Below, in pieces: positions 58,152 through 64,000 of a stretch of 64,000 nt of DNA. How positions within the stretch are numbered: position 1 is the first letter of the stretch; every line of letters begins with the position of its first letter. The translations under genes and the position numbers were made by a program. The stretch comes from an uncultured Gemmatimonadales bacterium. GTDB taxonomy: Bacteria > Gemmatimonadota > Gemmatimonadetes > Gemmatimonadales > GWC2-71-9. The DNA lies in contig CAVYSW010000009.1 of the NCBI GenBank assembly GCA_963771275.1, forward strand, positions 224,001-288,000. The letters are read 5' to 3'. The notes under the pieces are model-generated. The model was not told the DNA's origin. It was given only the letters and a program-made list of their open reading frames with translations, and searched no databases.

Positions 58152-61106
58152 GTGTCACGCATCCTACGCTGTCGTATCTCAGGGGTTGTCTGCTTCACGG
58201 TTGCCACGCTAGGCCTGGGGTCGTGCGAGTCCACGACCGCACCGGCCGACGGCGATAACCACATCGCGATCGGTACCGTCGTGACCGGGTCGCTCGCCGC
58301 GGGCGACTCCGGGCGTGCCTACCTGTTCCCGGCCACGGCCGGCTCGCGTTATGTGGTCTTCACCGCGGTGCTCGAGGGGACCCTGCAGCTGAGCGTTCGA
58401 GACTCCGCACAGCAGTTCGCCATCGCGTCGGCGGTGGCGAGCCCGACGGGCCGGCCGCTCGAAGAGACCGCCTCTCTGCAGTTCACGGCCTCCGTGAGCG
58501 GGACACACGTCCTCGCGGTGGGCGGCTACCCGGCCCACGCGGTGGTGCGGTTCCAGTTCCTCATCTATGGGGTGGTCGACGCTCCCGAGAACCGACCAGC
58601 CGCGTTCGCGATCGGCGACACGGTGAGCGGCGAGACCCTCGATCCCATCGCCGATGTCGACCTGTTCACCGCGCACGTGCCGGTGGGGCAGGACTTCGTC
58701 GTGGTCGCGGAGGCTCCCGCCGCAACAGGGGTCGGCCCGCTGGCCCTCGCGGTCTGGGACTCGACGGAAACGCTGGCGTTCACGTTCTTCCCGACGGGCA
58801 TGCCCGCCGCGATCACGACCGGCCGGGTGCATGCGCCCGTCGCTGGCACCTACTGGTTTCGGTTCGAGGCCGCCGGCGCGGGCGTCGGAGGATCACCGCG
58901 GTTTCACGGAGCGTATCGATTCTGGACCTACACGATCGACCCGGCACCGGAGCACCGCGTCGCGGCGGTTACGCCCTCGACCGTGATCAGCGGCGAGACG
59001 CTCGATCGTGCCGGAGACCTGGACGTGTTCACATTCTCGGCGGCGGCCGGCGACGAGCTGAACGCGTTCTACCAGTCGACGGTGCCGTCCCATCTCGAGA
59101 TCGCATCCGGCGCGGGGCCCGCGCTCGCCACTGTCTCGGCCGGCCCCGACACGGCCCTGTTCAGCCGGAACACCGGTCGGATGCGGCTGGCCCAGGCGGG
59201 CTCCTACGTCGCGCGCGTCAGCGCGGACGGGCCGACGCTCAGCGACACGGGCGCGTATCGCTTCTTCCTCTACCCGATCGACCGGCGGCCTGAGAACGTG
59301 CCGGCAGCCATCGTCCCCGGTGACTCGATCGCCGGCGAAGCCATCGACCTGCCGGGAGACGTGGACGAGTTCACGTTCACCGCGTCCGCCGGGGACGAAT
59401 TCAACGCCTTCCTCCAGGCGGAGCACGGCTCAGCCCCGACCACGCTAGAAGCCGTTGACGCCGACTCGACGGTGCTCGCCACTGTCCTGAGCACCGCGGC
59501 GGACACGAGCCTTCTGGGACAGGCTACACCGCGCTTCGCAGTCAGGACCAACGGGACGCACCGGCTACGCGTGGAGGGTACGGGAGCCGGCAGCGAGGGC
59601 GGCGGCCCGTACCGGCTGTTCCTGGCCCGAATCAACCGCAAGCCAGAATCGCGGCCCGATACGCTCGCGCCTGGCGACACGGTCGTGGCCGAGGCGATGG
59701 ATCTCCCCGGCGACGTGGACGAGTATGTGGTCCACGTACCTGATTCGAGTGGAGCGAACCTCGTGGTCCAGCTGGGGTACGTGGCGGCTGGCGGCTACCT
59801 CCTGGCGGAGCTCACCGACTCGGCTTCCGGCCAGGTTCTCGGGAGCGCGACCAGCTACGGCTGGCCCGGCCTGACCGGGACGCTGGCGCTCGCGCCGGGC
59901 ACCTACGTCATCCAGGTGGAGGAGCCGTACACCTATCGGCCGGTGCTCCGCGGCCCGTACCGCTTGTGGCTGTATCGCTTCGGCTTTGGACCCGAGGCGG
60001 TGCCCGACAGCATCGTGCCCGGCGACACCGTCTCGGGCGAGGCGCTCGACGTGCCGGGCGACGTCGACGCCTACCGCCTGTACGTCGGTCCGCGACAGCA
60101 CGTCAACGTGATGATCCAGGGCCTCTCGTCGGGAAACGGCGGCTTCCAGGTCTGGATCAGCACCTCGTGGGGTAGGCCACTCGCGCTGGTGGCAACGCCC
60201 CTGTCATCGGCCGCGCTGGCCGATCACCAGACGCTCCGGCTCGATCTCCTCGGGGCGGGATGGTACAACGTGGGAGTTTCCGGAGGCACCTCGCCAACCA
60301 CCCAACTGAGCGAGCGGGGCACGTATCGGCTGGCCGTTCTGCCGGTGGACACGCTGCCGGAGACGGCAAGTCCGTCGCTCGCCATCGGCGATTCGCTCAC
60401 CACGGAGGGCATGGACTTCATTGGGGACTGGGACCAGTACAGCGTGACGGCGCCGCCGGGCCAGGAGCTGAACGTCCTGTTCGGCACCGACGCGCCGTGC
60501 TGCGGTCCGCAGGTTCTGGTGTTCGACCCCGCGACCGGCGACACCCTGGCCGCTTCGGGCGGTCAAGGCGACCACATCGCGGGGGCAGCGCGTGTCCCGG
60601 CGAGCGGCCGGGTCGCGGTCGCGGTATTCGAGCCGCCCTCCGTCTACTTCAGGCAGTGCTACGACGCCACCTGCGGAGGCGTGTTCCACTATACGGGACC
60701 GTACCGCCTCCAGGCGCTCTTACTCAATCGCGCGCCCGAGACCGCGCCGGCGGCGTACACGCTCGGCGACACGGTGCGCACCGAAGCGATCCTCCCCGCC
60801 GGCGACATCGACGAGTTCACCCTGACTGCGACGCCGGGCGAGACGCTGACCCCATGGTATCGCCTCCGCGCGGCTCCTGTTCCCCCGGGCAGCATGATCA
60901 AGCTCGAGGTGATCGATCCGGCGACGGGAACCGTTCTGGTGGGCGCGAACGCCGCCGTGAACGTCTTCGCACCGGAGTTCTTCTCGCCGGGCTCGTTCAC
61001 GGTGCCTGCCTCGGGGCAGGTGTTGATCCGACTCCGAGGGACCGGCACCTTCGGCAATGAGGTGGGGACCGCTCCGTACGAGTTCTACATCACGCGGGAG
61101 CCCTGA
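58152..61106 (+). CDS. Large lipoprotein with about 8 PPC-like tandem domains
   Basis: LGSC lipobox; repeated GDT..GE.LD..GD.D.F/Y ... G.YR units; GTG start inferred. Confidence 0.75.
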   Translation: MSRILRCRISGVVCFTVATLGLGSCESTTAPADGDNHIAIGTVVTGSLAAGDSGRAYLFPATAGSRYVVFTAVLEGTLQLSVRDSAQQFAIASAVASPTGRPLEETASLQFTASVSGTHVLAVGGYPAHAVVRFQFLIYGVVDAPENRPAAFAIGDTVSGETLDPIADVDLFTAHVPVGQDFVVVAEAPAATGVGPLALAVWDSTETLAFTFFPTGMPAAITTGRVHAPVAGTYWFRFEAAGAGVGGSPRFHGAYRFWTYTIDPAPEHRVAAVTPSTVISGETLDRAGDLDVFTFSAAAGDELNAFYQSTVPSHLEIASGAGPALATVSAGPDTALFSRNTGRMRLAQAGSYVARVSADGPTLSDTGAYRFFLYPIDRRPENVPAAIVPGDSIAGEAIDLPGDVDEFTFTASAGDEFNAFLQAEHGSAPTTLEAVDADSTVLATVLSTAADTSLLGQATPRFAVRTNGTHRLRVEGTGAGSEGGGPYRLFLARINRKPESRPDTLAPGDTVVAEAMDLPGDVDEYVVHVPDSSGANLVVQLGYVAAGGYLLAELTDSASGQVLGSATSYGWPGLTGTLALAPGTYVIQVEEPYTYRPVLRGPYRLWLYRFGFGPEAVPDSIVPGDTVSGEALDVPGDVDAYRLYVGPRQHVNVMIQGLSSGNGGFQVWISTSWGRPLALVATPLSSAALADHQTLRLDLLGAGWYNVGVSGGTSPTTQLSERGTYRLAVLPVDTLPETASPSLAIGDSLTTEGMDFIGDWDQYSVTAPPGQELNVLFGTDAPCCGPQVLVFDPATGDTLAASGGQGDHIAGAARVPASGRVAVAVFEPPSVYFRQCYDATCGGVFHYTGPYRLQALLLNRAPETAPAAYTLGDTVRTEAILPAGDIDEFTLTATPGETLTPWYRLRAAPVPPGSMIKLEVIDPATGTVLVGANAAVNVFAPEFFSPGSFTVPASGQVLIRLRGTGTFGNEVGTAPYEFYITREP

Positions 61107-61176
61107 ACCACGCGCCCACGAAGCAAGGCCCGCCGGGCGGGAACCCGCCGGGTGCTAAGTCGTTGCGTTACTTGGG

Positions 61177-61204
61177 ATGGGCCTGAGTGGAGTTGAACCA
61201 CTGA
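61177..61204 (-). repeat. 28-bp duplicate of tRNA-Ile 3' end (att-like)
   Basis: ATGGGCCTGAGTGGAGTTGAACCACTGA identical to 61755-61782. Confidence 0.93.
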
Positions 61205-61309
61205 GCTCAAGCCGCAGACTGAGCAGAACCGCTGATCTGCGCTGATATGCTCCCACGCGCGTGCCCGGGATGGCACACGCGTCACTCCGGCACCTACCGT
61301 TGACGCGGG

Positions 61310-61678
61310 ATGAGCCCAACGCCCGCCGTCTATGCGCACGCCTCGCTGACCCACCAGATCATCGGTGGCTTCTACGAGGTGACAACGCTCTCGGGGCCGG
61401 CTTCCGTGAAGCGGTGTATGAGCGAGCACTGGCGATGGCGCTTGCGGATCGTCGCCTGAACGTGGAGCGTCAGGTCCCCGTTACCGTGCGGTTCAGGGGA
61501 AGGCGCGCTGGCCTCTTCCGGGCGGACGGTGCTGCTCGAGCTCAAGGCTCTCCCGGCACTCGAGCCGGCTCACGTCACGCAAGTGCTCAACGCGCTTCGC
61601 GCACCCGGACTGCACCTCGGTCTGCTGCTGAACTTCGGTCCGCAGCCACAGGTCAAACGCATTATCCAAAGCCGCTGA
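61310..61678 (+). pseudogene. GxxExxY (PD-(D/E)XK-like) protein, disrupted
   Basis: LTHQIIGGFYEV / NALGAGFREAVYE..FRAD / VLLELKA..H..QVLN..GLLLNFG spread across frames; frameshift about 61382, deletion about 61528. Confidence 0.85.
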
Positions 61679-61753
61679 TGGCGCATAAAGACACAGATGG
61701 ACGCAGATTCGGGCGAGTCTGCGTCCATCAGCGCGTTACAGCGTTATCTGCGG
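61671..61753. repeat. 9-10-mer repeat hairpin downstream of GxxExxY
   Basis: GATGGACGCAGATTC / GAGTCTGCGTCCATC stem (61696-61729) within CGCWGAT-type units; related units upstream at 61211-61246. Confidence 0.8.
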
Positions 61754-61755
61754 AA

Positions 61756-61830
<75 letters not shown>

Positions 61831-61921
61831 TGCTGCGCTCGCAATCTAGATTGCCCTCCCTCCCCATACCACCCCACATGAGGAGCAAGACCCTCATCCC
61901 CGTCCGCTCCGGGCGCCACCC

Positions 61922-62161
61922 CTATTCCCATTCGCCGCGCCGCTTGCCGGGCTTGGGCCCTTCCGCCTCGTCCCAGTCCTCCTCGATCTCGTCGTAATCC
62001 TCGTATTCGTCCTCGTCGACCTCTTCCTCGTCTTCGTCGTAGTCGTACTCGTCCTCGTCAAGCTCCTCGTCCTCCTCGAAGTCGTCGACATCGTCCTCGT
62101 TCTCGTCGTCATAGCGTGCGGCGACGACTCGCGACGAAACCGACGGATCCCAGGGCCACAT
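61922..62161 (-). CDS. Small, highly acidic protein
   Basis: GGGAGG SD before ATG 62161; long D/E tract punctuated by Y/F/W; basic C-terminal tail. Confidence 0.7.
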   Translation of the reverse strand: MWPWDPSVSSRVVAARYDDENEDDVDDFEEDEELDEDEYDYDEDEEEVDEDEYEDYDEIEEDWDEAEGPKPGKRRGEWE

Positions 62162-62215
62162 TGTTCCTCCCACTCCCGCGCTAAGGTTCACCACGACGAC
62201 GAACGTCCGACCGTC

Positions 62216-64000
62216 CTACGCTTCAGCGGCCGTCTTGGCGGCCCGCTGCGCCTTCTTCCGATCCGAGACGCCGAGCGTGCGCTTCCGCAGCCGGATCGCG
62301 GCCGGCGTCACCTCGATCAGCTCGTCCTCCTCGATGTACTCGAGCGCGAGCTCGAGCGTGATCTCGCGCGGCGGCTCCAGACGCAACGCCTCGTCCGAGG
62401 CCGTCGTGCGCATGTTCGAGAGCTTCTTCTCCTTCGTGATGTTCACGTCCATGTCGCCGACCCGCGCGTTTTCCCCGACGATCATCCCGCCGTACACCGG
62501 GTCACCCGGACGCACGAACATCTGCGCGCGCTCCTGCAGGTTGAAGATGGCGAAGGCCACCGCCACCCCCTCCCGGTCCGCCACCAGTACCCCGCGCTTC
62601 CGCCCCGCCAGGGGCCCGGCCCAGGAGTCGTAGCGCAGGAACCGGTGGTGCATGATCCCCTCGCCGCGCGTATCCGTCAAGAAGTCGGACCGATAGCCAA
62701 ACAGGCCCCGGCTCGGGATCGCAAACTGCATCCGCGTCTTCCGGTGGCCCATCGGCTTCATCGCCATGAGCTCGCCGTGCCGCGGACCGAGCTTCTCGAT
62801 CACGGTCCCGACCATGTCCTGGGGCACCTCCACCGACAGCTCCTCGTACGGCTCCAGCCGCTGGCCGTCCGCCGCGTCCTTCGTGATCACCCGCGGCCGA
62901 CTCACCTGGAACTCATACCCCTCGCGCCGCATCGTCTCCATCAGGATCGAGAGGTGGAGCTCCCCGCGCCCCGACACCGTGAGCGTGTCGGGCCGATCGG
63001 TATCCTCTACCCGGAGCGCCACGTTTCGCTCCAGCTCGTGGAACAGGCGGTCCCGCACCTGCCGCGACGTCACGAACCGCCCCGCCCGCCCCGCGAACGG
63101 GGAGTTGTTGACCGAGAAGTCCACCGAGATCGTCGGCTCCTCCACCGCGATCCCCGCCAGCCGCTCCGGCACGTCCGGGTCGACGATGGTCTTCCCGATC
63201 TCGATCCCCTCGAGCCCCGCCAGAGCCACGATCTCACCCGCGCCGGCCTCGGCGATCTCGACCCGGTGCAGGCCGTCGAAGCCGTACAGCCGCCCCGCCC
63301 GGGCCCGCTCCCCCTCGGCCGCATCCGCCATCCCCACAGGCCCCAGCGGGAGCAGCAGCACGTCCTGCCCCACCCGGATCCGGCCCCGCTCGATCCGCCC
63401 GATCGCGATCCGCCCCAGGTACGACGAGTAGTCCACCGTCGAGATCAGCATCTGGAGCGGCCCGGCGGGGTCCCCCGTGGGCTCCGGAATCGCGTCGAGA
63501 ATCGCCCGGAACAGCGGCTCCAGATCCCCCTCCATCCCTCCCCCGTCCGCCACTCCTGCCGCTCCTGCCGCTGCTGCCGCCCCGGCCGCTCCGGCCGCCC
63601 CGCGTCCCCACCCGTCCGGCAGCGCGCGCGACGACACGCCGTAGCGCGACGAGGCGTAGATGAACGGCGCGTTGAGCTGCGCGTTCGTCGCCTCCAGGTC
63701 CATGAACAGCTCGAGCACCTCGTCGTGCACCACGAGCGGACGCGCGTCAGGCCGATCGATCTTGTTGATCACGACGATGGGCTGCAGCCCCAGCTCCAGC
63801 GCCTTGCGCGTCACGAACCGCGTCTGCGGCATCGGCCCCTCGGCGGCATCCACCAGGAGCAGCACACCGTCCACCATCCGCAGGATGCGCTCGACCTCGC
63901 CCCCGAAATCGGCGTGCCCCGGCGTATCCACGATATTGATCTTCGTGTCTTTCCAGTGTACCGCCGTATTCTTGGCCAGTATCGTAATGCCGCGCTCGCG
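62216..64000 (-). CDS. typA: Translational GTPase TypA/BipA (5' end outside window)
   Basis: [36 protein letters not shown]-terminal E.TP..IRLRK. Confidence 0.96.
   Translation of the reverse strand, partial: RERGITILAKNTAVHWKDTKINIVDTPGHADFGGEVERILRMVDGVLLLVDAAEGPMPQTRFVTRKALELGLQPIVVINKIDRPDARPLVVHDEVLELFMDLEATNAQLNAPFIYASSRYGVSSRALPDGWGRGAAGAAGAAAAAGAAGVADGGGMEGDLEPLFRAILDAIPEPTGDPAGPLQMLISTVDYSSYLGRIAIGRIERGRIRVGQDVLLLPLGPVGMADAAEGERARAGRLYGFDGLHRVEIAEAGAGEIVALAGLEGIEIGKTIVDPDVPERLAGIAVEEPTISVDFSVNNSPFAGRAGRFVTSRQVRDRLFHELERNVALRVEDTDRPDTLTVSGRGELHLSILMETMRREGYEFQVSRPRVITKDAADGQRLEPYEELSVEVPQDMVGTVIEKLGPRHGELMAMKPMGHRKTRMQFAIPSRGLFGYRSDFLTDTRGEGIMHHRFLRYDSWAGPLAGRKRGVLVADREGVAVAFAIFNLQERAQMFVRPGDPVYGGMIVGENARVGDMDVNITKEKKLSNMRTTASDEALRLEPPREITLELALEYIEEDELIEVTPAAIRLRKRTLGVSDRKKAQRAAKTAAEA

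Noticed and set aside
53652..61204. Prophage
   Set aside because: No structural, terminase or replication genes.

Overview
High-GC bacterial chromosome segment, probably Gemmatimonadota (inferred from three Hanks-type Ser/Thr kinases of typical architecture, tricorn and S15 peptidases, and gene style). It carries mostly housekeeping and accessory genes: cusCBA-type efflux, mltG, dinB, tricorn protease, pncA, class I aldolase, two ZIP transporters, efp, cstA, arsR/arsC, iorAB-type genes, tRNA-Ile and typA. Four things stand out. (1) Intergenic palindromes built from tandem 7-mers (AATGTYC/GRACATT, plus a CGTGCAG variant) recur through the window, and one set of them encloses a four-helix-bundle (IVS/Avd-like) gene. 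A parallel arrangement of 9-10-mer repeats and a hairpin encloses a GxxExxY nuclease pseudogene between 28-bp copies of the tRNA-Ile 3' end, and a related 9-mer tract lies in frame inside typA. (2) A fluoride locus has two convergent fluoride riboswitches bracketing a dynamin-like GTPase gene, near crcB-DUF190-aquaporin and an atypical CLC. (3) A decayed island (about 53.6-61.2 kb) next to tRNA-Ile has an integrase stub, ~85-bp direct repeats, Fic, and truncated trypsin-like and SIR2-like genes. (4) There are many deletion or frameshift scars. All calls were made by eye; no searches were run.
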